64,000 nt of DNA, from assembly GCF_009834535.1 (NCBI RefSeq), contig NC_045696.1, positions 118,298,001 through 118,362,000 on the forward strand, given 5' to 3'. Shown here piece by piece: positions 35,179 through 46,325 of this stretch. A program made the position numbers and the translations under genes. Each line of letters opens with the position of its first letter. Positions within the stretch are counted from its first letter, which is position 1. The notes beneath the pieces are model-generated. The model saw only the letters and a list, made by a program, of their open reading frames with translations, searched no databases and was not told where the DNA came from. Source of the stretch: Camelus ferus. Taxonomy: Eukaryota.

Positions 35179-35908
35179 TCTATCAGTTGGCTTTTGCTGT
35201 GTAACAAACCAGCCCTAAACTCAGTTACATAAAACAGTAAGCATTTATTATTGCTAACGAGGAAGTGGGTAAGCTGGGTAATTCTCTTGCTCTGTGCTGA
35301 GCTTGTTTATACGTTTGGGGAATAGCTGATCTGAGATGGCCTCACTCGAGTGTCTGGTGATTGCTGGCGGTTGAGTGAAGTGATGGAGTGACTGAGCCAC
35401 CTGTTTCATCCTTCCATAGGCTGGCCACTGCTTGTTTTCCATTGTAGTGTCAGCATTCCACAAAGATAAACAGAAGCTTCAGGTTTTCATGAGAAACTAG
35501 GCTTGGTACTTGTGCTTGGTCACATCTACCACATTTTGTTGGTCAAAGCAAGTAACAGAGTCAACCAAAGTAAAGTAGTAGTAAACTTGTATTTCTGTAT
35601 ACTATCAATGAACAATCCCAACAATAATTCTAAGCCCAAAATTCTACTCACAGTAGTATTAAAAAGAATTAAATACTTGGGAACACATTTGACAGAAAAG
35701 GTGGAAGAATTACACTGAAAACTACAAAACATTACTGTAAGGAAGATATAAATAAGTGGAGAGAAATTTCATCATTAATGAATTAGGGAGCTCATTACTA
35801 TTACAATGCCACTGCCTCTTGATGGAAGGAACTGGGAAAGTCCAGTCTTAAAAGACATATGTTCAAAAGAGGACTGATCAGGGCCATTTGTACCATCAGT
35901 TTGCCACA
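35179..35908 (-). mobile_element. MLT1H-like MaLR LTR, interrupted at about 35580-35808
   Basis: tctatcagttggcttttgctgtgtaacaaacc start, ttgttggtcaaagcaagt motif, resumes at cctcttgatggaagga and ends ...tgccaca. Confidence 0.75.
35580..35808 (+). mobile_element. Internal L1 ORF2 fragment nested in the MLT1H LTR
   Basis: ttgtatttctgtatactatcaatgaacaa...aaatacttgggaa...ctgaaaactacaaaacatt, the decayed 'FLYT.NEQ...IKYLG...ENYKTL' stretch. Confidence 0.75.
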
Positions 35909-36259
35909 GATACTGAAGCAAAAATGTAAATAAACAATTATGATGTAAGTATTTTGTATCAGTAAGAATCAGTCAAAAAAGGATAGTGTTATGGAAAACA
36001 CAAAATAATTAACTGAAAATCTGGGACAGTTGACTGAAGAATAATAGAAGAAATAAAGAGAGCTCCAGTGTGGTGGCCATTGGGAAATAATTAAGGAAAA
36101 GCTAGTTTTTCTGTATATATGAAATTACCAGATTAAAAAATACATTACATATGAAATGAGTTAAGATTTTAGAGAGAATTTTAAACAAATGTAATATAAT
36201 TTTGTAAATTCACAGAGTGACTCTTTGAACCTGGAAAATATCTTTCTAAAATTAATTCA

Positions 36260-38130
36260 GAATTATACACTGATTTAAAAGACAGTAAGAAAATACTGTG
36301 AAAAATTTTATGACAGCACACTTGAAAACTAAGATGTGGAAAATTTTATAGTAAAAAAAGAATTGTTAAAACTGAAAGAAAGATAGTTAAATCCATTTTA
36401 AGTAAAATACTGAGTACTCTGTAAGGCTAGAGTACTTGAATTACTTTTCGAGTTACATTTTATACATAAAAAACTATGGCTATGTAAACTATTACAACAT
36501 ATACAGAGAGTTTATTTTAAAATGGGAAAAATTTGTTATTTGGTAAAGTTATTTTTAGTAAGTACACACAATCATGTATTGTGGATCACAAACGTTAAAA
36601 TATAAAATAAGAAAAACATTCTGTGTGATCCTCTAACCATCAATATACTGGACTAAATACTTAATCATATCCCACACCAGTCCCAATTTGGGGACAGTTG
36701 ATTTCTAACAAACAAAAGGGCAATTTTACTCTAGTTAAAAATTCTTTCAGAGAATTGAAATATAGGGAATGTTCTCAAATTCGTATCACATGGCTAATAT
36801 AACCTTTATAACAATATCAGACAAGGGCTTTATGAGAAAGTACAGGTCATTCTTGTGCTTGAACTTAATACAAATAAAACGTTGGTAAACTGAATGTAGC
36901 AATGTATAAAAAGATAACACATCTTACCAAATTTTATCCTGGAAATGCAGGGTTTGTTAATTACTAAATAAATAAATAAATAAATAAATAATATAAAATT
37001 CACCTCATTAATAAAGTAAAGAAGAAAGACCATTTCATTAGGTGTAGGGAAAACATCAAATAACACTGTGATAAAAAAAAAAACAAATCTAAGCAAATTG
37101 TGAGTAGAAAAATAACTTCCATAATATGAAAAAGAACATGTGTAAAAGAACTATAGTAAAATCATCTTCAGTGGTGAAATGTTTTAAATGTTCTCTTTAA
37201 GACTGGGAACAAGATAAGAATCTATGGGTAAATTATTAGAATTAATAATTTCTTTTATATATATACCTTGTTTTAAAATTAACATGTAATATCATTTGCA
37301 CTTAGAAATATACGTAATAAAAATAATATAATAATAGGAATACCCTTGAATAAATTCAATAAATAATATGATAGCTTTTGTCAAGGATATTATGAAACTT
37401 TATGGAAAGACATTTAAGACCTGAATAAATACAGAGAACTCACCATGATCATGGAAGAGAGAATGCATCATCACAGAGCTATTAAGTTTCCACGTTGATC
37501 TACAGGTTCAGCATACTTTTAAATCAAAATCCCAAGTGTTTTTTGAGTTATTTGGCAGGTTGATTCTAATATTAAGGAACAAAAGGTTCAATAGCCAAGA
37601 CCCTTCTGAAGAAGAATGAAGGTGTACTGTGTAACTATAGGTAGTATGTGTAATGGTTCATAACTTGACAAACAGACCAGTGGGAAGAACAGAAAGTCCA
37701 GATAGATTCACACATGTGTTAAAACCTAATAGACAGCCAAGCTGGCATTGCAGATCAATGGGAAAGAATGGGTTCATGAAATGGTGCTGAGGACAGCTGA
37801 TTTTCCATTTGGGGGAAAAACCCAACTGAAGAATACCAGTTCATCCTACCTTACCATTATACTTTACAGAGGCAAAATATATAAGACACAAAAAAGGAAG
37901 TCATATAGAACTGGGTTGAATTTATCAAGAAATTCTGTCATCAGAAGATAACAAAGGGAAAATAGAAGCTACAATCAAGGAAAAGATAATATACAAAACT
38001 AACAGAAGTTTGATATCCAAAATACATAAAGAGTGTCTGTGAATCAGTAGGAAAAAGACGTGAACAGGCATACATTTTATAGAAGACGAAATTTGCAACA
38101 GTCATAAATGTAAGAGAAACCTAAACAAAA
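36260..38130 (+). mobile_element. Ancient L1 ORF2 remnants (sense)
   Basis: tttatcctggaaatgcagggtttgtt, ctctttaagactgggaacaaga and aatagccaagacccttctgaagaagaa motifs. Confidence 0.7.
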
Positions 38131-38149
38131 TCACAGTCCAATTCCTTGT

Positions 38150-39710
38150 CAGACCTTTTCCCCCAGCTCTAACCCCTAGCAATCTTCAGTCTGTTCTGCA
38201 TTGGTATAACTTGGTCACTTAAATAATGTTGTATAAGTGAAGTCATATAGAATATAACACTTTTTGATTGGCCTTTTTATTCCACAGCATGATCTTGAGA
38301 CCCATCTAAGTTGTTAGATGTATCAATAGTTTTTTTACTTTTATTTGCTGAGTACAGTTCCATTCTATGGATGGACTACAGTTTGTTTATCCATTCACCT
38401 ATTGAAGGACTTTTGGGTTGTTTACAAATTTTGGCAATTACTAACAAAGCTCCAAGCAGCATTTGTGTACAGATTTTTGTGTGTATGTAAGTTGGTTGAG
38501 CTATTTTCCAGAGCAGCTACGCCATCTTACTTTTCCATCAGCAACGTATTAGAAGACCAGTTGTTCAGCATCCTCACCGCTATTTTGGTATTGCCAGGAT
38601 TTTTTTTAAACTGTTCTAATAAGGACATAATAGTAACTCTTTGTGGTTTTAATGTGCACTTTCCTTAATGGCTAATGATGTTGAATATTTTTAATGTGCA
38701 CATTTGCCACCTACATTTTCTCTTTGGTGAAGTGTCTGTTCAAGTTATTTGCCAAAAAGGATTTTATTTTTCCTGTTGAGTTTAGAGAATTCTTTATATA
38801 TTCTAGATACCAGTGCTCTGTCAGATACATGATCTGCAAATATTTTCTCCTCATCTTGGGCTTGTTTTTTCATCTCTTCTAACAGAGTCTTTCACAGAGA
38901 AATTTATTTTATTTTGATTTCTTTTCACTGATGAATTATGACCGTTGATGTCGTATCTAAGAACTAATGTCAAATAACTCTTCACCTAACCCTAGGTCTT
39001 GATGATTTTGTTTATTTTCTTCTAAAAGTTTTTTGGTTTTATATTTTACACTTAGATTCATGATCCATTTAAGTGTATTTTTGGATAAGATGTGAGATTT
39101 AGATCAGGGTCTATGTTTTTGCCCCTCTAATTGTTCCAGTGCCATTTGTTGAAAAGATCATTCTTCCTTCATTGAGGTGCTTGTGTACCTTTGCCAACAA
39201 TCAGTTGGTTGTACTTTTTGGGGACCATTTGTGGACTCTTTTCTGTTCCACTGGCCATATGTCTATCCCTCTGCCAGTACTGAACTGTCCTGAACACTTC
39301 AGGAATACAGCTTGCATTCCCCACAGGGTGATGTTGCCCCCAAGGGAGCAAAAATGTGTTTTTGTAGTTGGGGGAAAATCTTAGACCTCACAATGGTTGT
39401 GGCTCTGCAAAGGGCCCCAGGGTATAACAGAAATACAGTATATTTGTGGCACTAAAATTTCACGGATGGGGAGCAGTTGGGGGGAAAAAGTCTAAAAATG
39501 TTCCTTATAGAAGTGATAATGAAAAAAAAGGTTGAGAAACACTGCTGGCTACTTAAGTTATTAATCAGGTAGTGTAGTTTCTCCCACTTTATCCTTCCTT
39601 TTCAAAGGTGTTTTGGCTACTCTGGTGCCTTTGCCTCTTCCATATAAATTTTAGAATAAGCTTTTCTGTATCCTTAAATAATCATGCTGGAATTGTGTTA
39701 GAAACTATGA
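38150..39710 (-). mobile_element. Old L1 (L1MC/MD-type) 3' half, antisense
   Basis: ttgtttatccattcacctattgaaggac, atggctaatgatgttgaa and ccatttgttgaaaaga motifs. Confidence 0.85.
39308..39544 (+). mobile_element. MER106-like hAT-Charlie MITE inserted in L1
   Basis: cagcttgcattcccca...gcccccaaggg...aaaatttcac...gataatgaaaaaaaaggttgagaaacactg. Confidence 0.7.
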
Positions 39711-39719
39711 TTCACATTT

Positions 39720-40250
39720 TTATTGGAGCATTCTGGTCTTGTGTGGATAATGTGGAGGCAGGAGTCGAAGCAGGGAGGTCAGTTAGGAAATGATGCTGTA
39801 CTCGGGAGAGGGGTGATGGTGGCTTTGCATTGTGGTGGTGGCAGTGGACATGAAGAGAAGTAAATGAGATCTCATATCTTTGAGATGAGCAGAGAACACT
39901 ACTTGCTGATGAATCAGTGGCGGGGTCACGATTGTGAGAGGGAATCCAGAAAGGTTCCTAGGTTTCTGCCTCGGGTAACTGACTAGATAGGTGATGCTCT
40001 TTATTGAAATGTCAGAAACTGGGGGAAAATTAAATTTGGAGAGAATGGGAGTGGGGAGACAAAATCAAGATTTTTTTGACATTCTTTTCCAGATGTTCAC
40101 TGAGCAGACAAGTATGGGAGTCAACAATTCTGGCAATACAGAGTCTTAAGGTCTGGATTTTGGGGACATGTCAGCACTTGGATGATGTTGGATTTGAGAA
40201 CATGTAGATAGTGGGGGCAAGGAGCCCAAGACACTCTAGCCTTTTAGAAT
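39720..40250 (-). mobile_element. L2 fragment
   Basis: gaagcagggaggtcagttaggaa...ggtggcagtggacatgaagagaagt. Confidence 0.7.
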
Positions 40251-40964
40251 TGGTAAATAAGTGTTTGATATCCTTAGTGTTTGAGAATTCAGAAAAATTA
40301 GGGGGAAAAAAAAGATGAACATAATATAAAAATGGCCAAAGAACATATTAATTCTCAAAAAGTGTTTAATATTATAGATGTTTAATACTTATATGGAGGA
40401 TTACCTCATTTTCCGTCTATAGAATATTAAGGCAAGACAGTTTTTTAAAACAAATTGTCAAAGATTCAACACATAATAAAACTGGACACTGGCTGAGGTC
40501 TGGAGAGATGTACATTATCATTTGCTTTTAGTGGGAATATAAATTGATACAATCCTTCCAGCACTCAGTTTGACAGTATTTATCACAAGTCTTAATTTGT
40601 CCTTGTCCATTAATTTTCCAGTTTAATTTTTGTCCTTCTGAAATCCTGTGGGTTTTTTCCCTGTTTTTTTGCTGTTTTTTTTTTTACTTTTATTGTCAGT
40701 GAGGCATCAAAAGAGATTAAAATGTACATAACCAGTTGAATGTAAAGTCCTTATTCATCTAAAACTGGCTAAACATGTCTTCTGAAGATCGGACTAGTTC
40801 TTTAAATTTCTGGGTTTGTGTTACTCTTTATTTCTTTTACTTTCACATACCTCCCAGCTTTTTCCCCTAAAGGATAATGAATTTATCCTGTTTTTGAAAT
40901 ATTGCTAATTGTTCCCATATCTAGCACAGAAGACCTTATTTGAAATAAATTTTGTAATATTCAC

Positions 40965-41220
40965 TGTTATGGAATGAATACTGATATTCTTACAAACTTT
41001 ATATATTGAAATCTGAACCCCCAAAGTGATGGTGTTAGGAGGCGGGGCCTCTGGGGGTGATGAGGTTAGGAGGGAGGGGCCCTTTTAAATGGGAGTAGTG
41101 CCCTCATGAAATGGCCCCCGAGAGTGCTCCCCCTCCTCCTACCCTGTGAGGACAGTATGTGTTGTTTAAACCACTTAGTCTGTGGTATTTTTGTTGCAGC
41201 AGCCTGAATGGACTAAGACA
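40965..41220 (+). mobile_element. MLT1A-type MaLR solo LTR with internal deletion
   Basis: TGTTATGG...GACTAAGACA termini and a perfect 5-bp TSD ttcac (40960-40964, 41221-41225). Confidence 0.9.
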
Positions 41221-42639
41221 TTCACTTTTTAAGTCAATTAAAATAGGAAGTAGTATATGGTAGTATATGGTTTCCCCATTTTGCCCAGAAAAAAAAACAA
41301 AGATACAATGAAACCTCTCCTACAACAAACATAAATAAACTCAGATTGTGATAAGTCTTTTTATCTCAGTAGTGGTTGTAACTCAGAAATCTATTTTGAT
41401 GAGTAAGTAGTTAATATTCCAGGAAAATATTTGCCAGCATAACTCCTACCAAATGATTATTGAGTTTGGCCATGTGCACCTTTAGTAGATTATTAGATAG
41501 TTCTTGTTTTAAAGTCTCTCTTCTTATCTTAATTTTATGTCTTTTCACCATTGTTAGGTAAATTCTTTAAGGGGAAAACATCATATTTGAAAATTATGTC
41601 TGGCGTCAAAGTGAGGTTTATGCGTCCTTCCCTTCATGAGGTAGATGCCTGCTTGTTCCAGTATGTGTACTGTAAATAGGTGAAAAGCCACACCTTTTTA
41701 AGAGAGTGAAATAAAATTTAATTATGAGGGGATTTGGCCAATATATTCATTGGTCTTATTTATAAAACCTGTACTTTTGTTTCCTTTCTAAATAAAAAAT
41801 AGATTCTATTAAATAAAAAAAGCCACAAATTTGTCCAGCAGTAGACATTTCCACCTTAAAGTCAACTAAATTCTCACCAAATTTGATTTAGTGACTCATG
41901 GCCAAAACAGGTGTTATCCTCAATGGAAGAGAGAATGTTGAGTATGTTTGTTGAGCTACAGAGCCACTTCCAAAATTTATTTTTTTGTAGAAGTTCCAAA
42001 CCCTCTTTCCTACCATGTGCAGGTACTCTACCAGAAATGAGTGTTTTATACTCTTTGTGTTTATCTGAAATTTTTAAAGTACAGTTAAAATACATACATA
42101 AAGAGTGAATGTTGGAATATTCAGGGAATTTTTAATGTTGTAAACCTGTGTATGAATTCATATGCTTACATTAATATACAAATTATTTAATCCTCTATCA
42201 AAGTCAAAAATTTTTAATAGTGTGTTAGGGGTATTAAATTGTTTAACATCAATAGTTGTTCTTTTATTTAATCTCTGATAATTCAAATATACTTGCAGGT
42301 GATTGACACTCATTTTCCTGTACATTTTAATTGAAATCATTATTTGGGGGGTGAGGTCTAAGTTATAGCTTTTTATAGGATTAGTAGTTGGTGATATATT
42401 TTCTCTTAACTCTAATTCAGAGGTTGAATAGCTCAACTAAGATGAGTGGGCAGGTTAAGGTGCTCCAGTAACTTGGCCACACATACTCTGATGACGTGAG
42501 TATTTAGGATTTAATAGGGCTATCAGACATTCAGCACCGGCCTACTTAAGTATTCTGATTTGGTTATTAATGTAAAAAAAGGTTTTTTCCTACGTCCGTT
42601 GTCCTCAGGCGTTCTTTGTAAGGTTTACTATTCGTTGAT

Positions 42640-42935
42640 GACCGCGTGCAGTGGCAGTTTGTTGAGAGCCTGCTCTGTGTTGTGCTCTGGTGTCGATACT
42701 GGAGAGACTGCGGAGAACAAAACACACGGTAATCTCTGCTCTCAGGAAGTTTGCGGGTTTAGTGAAAGACTGACAGTAGACAAGATTAATCTGTAAAATA
42801 TATATCACTCCAGCAGTGTTGAGGGCTAAGGAGGAAAATGAAGCAGGGAAACAGGGTGGGAAGTGAATGGTGTGTTCTGGTTTTAATTAGAGCAGCAGGA
42901 AACCTCCTTCACTGGGTCAAAGACCTGAAGAAAGT
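42640..42935 (-). mobile_element. L2 3' fragment
   Basis: tttgttgagagcctgctctgtg...ctctgctctcaggaagttt...caaagacctgaagaaagtg. Confidence 0.7.
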
Positions 42936-45900
42936 GTCCAATTAAAAACATCTCCTTCATGAAACCCCAGTGTATTTAAAGAACATACTAGATTAGTGTT
43001 AAATTGTACTATTCTTCTAATTACATAACAGTGATAAGAATATTGGAAGACTCATAATATCCTGGAACTGGCATCGCCATTGCTTTAGTGTGTCCTGTTA
43101 GTATAGTTTATTATGTATATATAGTATTTTAAAGGGTAAGTATTCTTGTTTTATGTGGTAACTCTACTAACGTTCTGACCTCCTACTGCAGCAAATATAT
43201 AATTTGGTTGGTTTTATCTCTGTGGTGCAAAGGAAATCAATCAAGTTCTATTAACACCTGTAGTTCTAACGCACTAAAGTACATTTCAAATCCCCTGATA
43301 CTGTGAGTACCTGTTCTGGATATCAACTTACTTATTCTGAGTTTTGAAAAATGCTCTTTGTACAGTGCTATTATTTGTGAACTTCTCCTGGATCTTTCGC
43401 AAATGCTAAGAAATGGGGAAAGCTAAGTTTCTTTTATAGCTTTTTTGTACTTAAGATTTTTCTTCTGTAATGTGTTTTTCTTAGCTTATTGCTTAGCCAA
43501 ACTTTTAAAAAATTATTTGAGCGTATGAAAATTAATACTAATAATATTTTATTGCATTCTAAGATTTTAATCCTGCTATTAAAACATTTTCCAATACTCT
43601 TCAAGAATAGAAAGCTTTGTAATTTTTATTCTTCATGTGTAGGTCAAGAGAAGAGAGGAAGTCTACTGGGCTCCATTTATTTACGTGCCAAGCGCGCCTC
43701 TCTTCTAACACTTAATGTTCGGGGCTTCAGTTCAGTCTCGCTGTGGCTCAGGTGGTGGGATCCCCTGGTGGAGGGGGGAGTGGAGGCGGGCTTCATGCTC
43801 TGCTACTGGAGTCACGGTGCCCATTGAACCCAGTGTGGTAACCTTTTGCTATGATATTTCAGTAGTATGATATATTTACACACAAAAGGTACTGGATATG
43901 GAAAAACATATACTATTTTCTTTACATAAGTCTGTGTCACAAATATTGGTTTTAAAGTTAGATTTCTTACGGTGGGTAGAAGTTGTTATTTCAAAACCCT
44001 TGTCATACTATTACAAATGTTTTATAGTCATCAATCTAGTCATATTTCATTATTGAAAAGCACCTGGTTGCAACACCAACTGGTAATTGTAGAAATAAAG
44101 GTCCACTGCAATAGATTCCATTTATCTTTAACAGTAACATTCTTAGTGCACGCCATCCCTGAATGTCTCCACTAAACTATGTTCTGCTTTTTCTGCTTTT
44201 TGTTGCATAGTGTTCTTACTTTTTTAAAATTAGTAATATTGTGAAGTAACCAGTGGAGACTTAATATTTTCTAAGGGTTTGGATGAATGTAGAAATAGTT
44301 ACTCATTACCCAATTTATCTATTTCAGGAAGACTTCCTGCCTGAAGTAACATTTTAAGTGAGTTGAAAAAAATAGCTTGGCTAGTGGCGTTTTGTAGGAC
44401 AGACCAGAAAAGTCACTGAATCTTGATAGGAAAAACAAAATGATAGTAAAGGAATATGACAGAAGAGTCAGTGGATGAAAACAGGTTTTAGTGTGAACTG
44501 GGGGAGGGTCCTGAACGTGAAAATGGCAGACTAGGAAGTGAAGGCTCAGTACAAGAGTGAAGTAAGTGACTAACGGAGTGACCCGATTTTTACGGCTACA
44601 TTTCACGTTGAACATGAGGGGTAAGGTGGATCAAAAATGAGATGATTAACTAAGTTCTTTACATGAAACATTTATTCTCTTATTTTAGCATACTTCTTTT
44701 CCTGTGCAATAAGTTATGTCCTAATAAAAATTAAAGAGCAAGTTGCATTTGGAAGATCGGGTCATCGTAACTCATTGACATGAGACCACATAACTGAATA
44801 ATGTCTTCCTTCAGTGAAATACATCAGATGAGATCAACAATTATGACTCATAAACATGCCTCGCAGGCATAAAACAGCAGGGAATTAGCATGTGAGGCTG
44901 ATAAATATGCATGTAAATAAGCTCCCAAAGGAATAACATGGGTTTGATTGATAGGTTTAGAATTGGAACATATGTAAACCCCTTTATTCCTCATTCTGGT
45001 GTAGCTAAGTAAAGATGCGTTTTACTTGTTAAAAAGTTTCAATAACTTTGTAAATCTTAATGCCACATCTGTTTTTTTTTTTTTTTTGTTGTTGTTGTTG
45101 GGTTTTTTGGTATGTCACTTGTAAGATTAATTGAATCATCTACAGGCTGGTTGGCCCGCACATGCAGTAAACGGTGGGACATGTGAGTGAGTCGCTGTGC
45201 ATCTGGGGCTGGGTGTGGGGTAGGAATCTTTGGGAAGTTCTGTCTTTATATTGTAAAATGATCAATGCTTATGGGAAATTTCTCTTGGAAATAAAGATAT
45301 GACATAGCAGTTAACTTTAAATATATCTCACATCCTCTCTTTCTATATTTATTTAGCTCCAAAGAATGAAATTTCTTTTTCTTCATTTCATACTACTCTT
45401 TTGAGAGTCTAACTAAAATGTATCTTTTTAATAATTTTTTTCCAGTTCTTGATACCTATGCTCTTTCTGACCCTTCTAAATCAGTATTCATAAACTATTG
45501 TGGAACTGAATTAGAAGGCCCATGCTTAAACGCTTAATTGGGTGTAGTGGGTCTCTGCTTTGGGGCCTGTGCCTCAGCTGATGACTTGGGGAGCTATGAA
45601 TTCCCTCCTTTAGGCTCCAGTCATTTCAGGTAAATGGAAGGAGAAACATGGCTTTGGATTTTTCCTGGTGCAGAGTCTCAAGCATTCCTGCAGTGGAGGG
45701 TTCAGAGATTTGCTTAACTAAAGGCATTATAGGCTCATATAGTGCTCGGGTCTATAAGAGAAGAGTTTTGCTGTCTTCCTCTAGTGATAAACTAGTGAAT
45801 AAGATACAGCATTCGTTTCATACCATGCAAGTGCTTCGGGGTTCAGAGGAGTCTTGTTTTTGGTTTGGGGAGACAGGGCTGGATTCTCTACAGCCTGCAT

Positions 45901-45954
45901 CCATAATTCTGCAGGTCAAGGTCGTCATTGTAAACATTAGGCCTTTTGGGTTCC

Positions 45955-46325
45955 ACAGCTGTGTTCTAGGTGCTTGGGGTGCCTCAGTGAACAAAGCGAA
46001 GACCCTTGTCCCCGTGGAGCTTACATTCTAGCAGAGGGAGACAGTAAATAACAAGCATAATAGAGAATTAAGATAGCGTCTTAGAAAGTGAGAATTGCTT
46101 TGGGAAAAAGAAACATTGCAGTTTAAGGGTATTGATAGTGTATATAGAGTCAGGAGGTTGCAGAATTAAACATCAGGGTAGTCTTATTGGGGAAAAAAAA
46201 TGAGCTAAGACTTAAAGGAAATTAAGGCATGAGCCACGTGAATACTGGGGGCAGGGCCCTTCCAGGCTGAGGAAGTAGCAAGCACAGAGGTCCTGAGCAG
46301 GAGCTGCCAAGCATGTTCTGCAAGT
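45955..46325 (-). mobile_element. L2 fragment
   Basis: ctgtgttctaggtgcttggg...gtggagcttacattctagcagaggg...tgagctaagacttaaagga. Confidence 0.75.
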
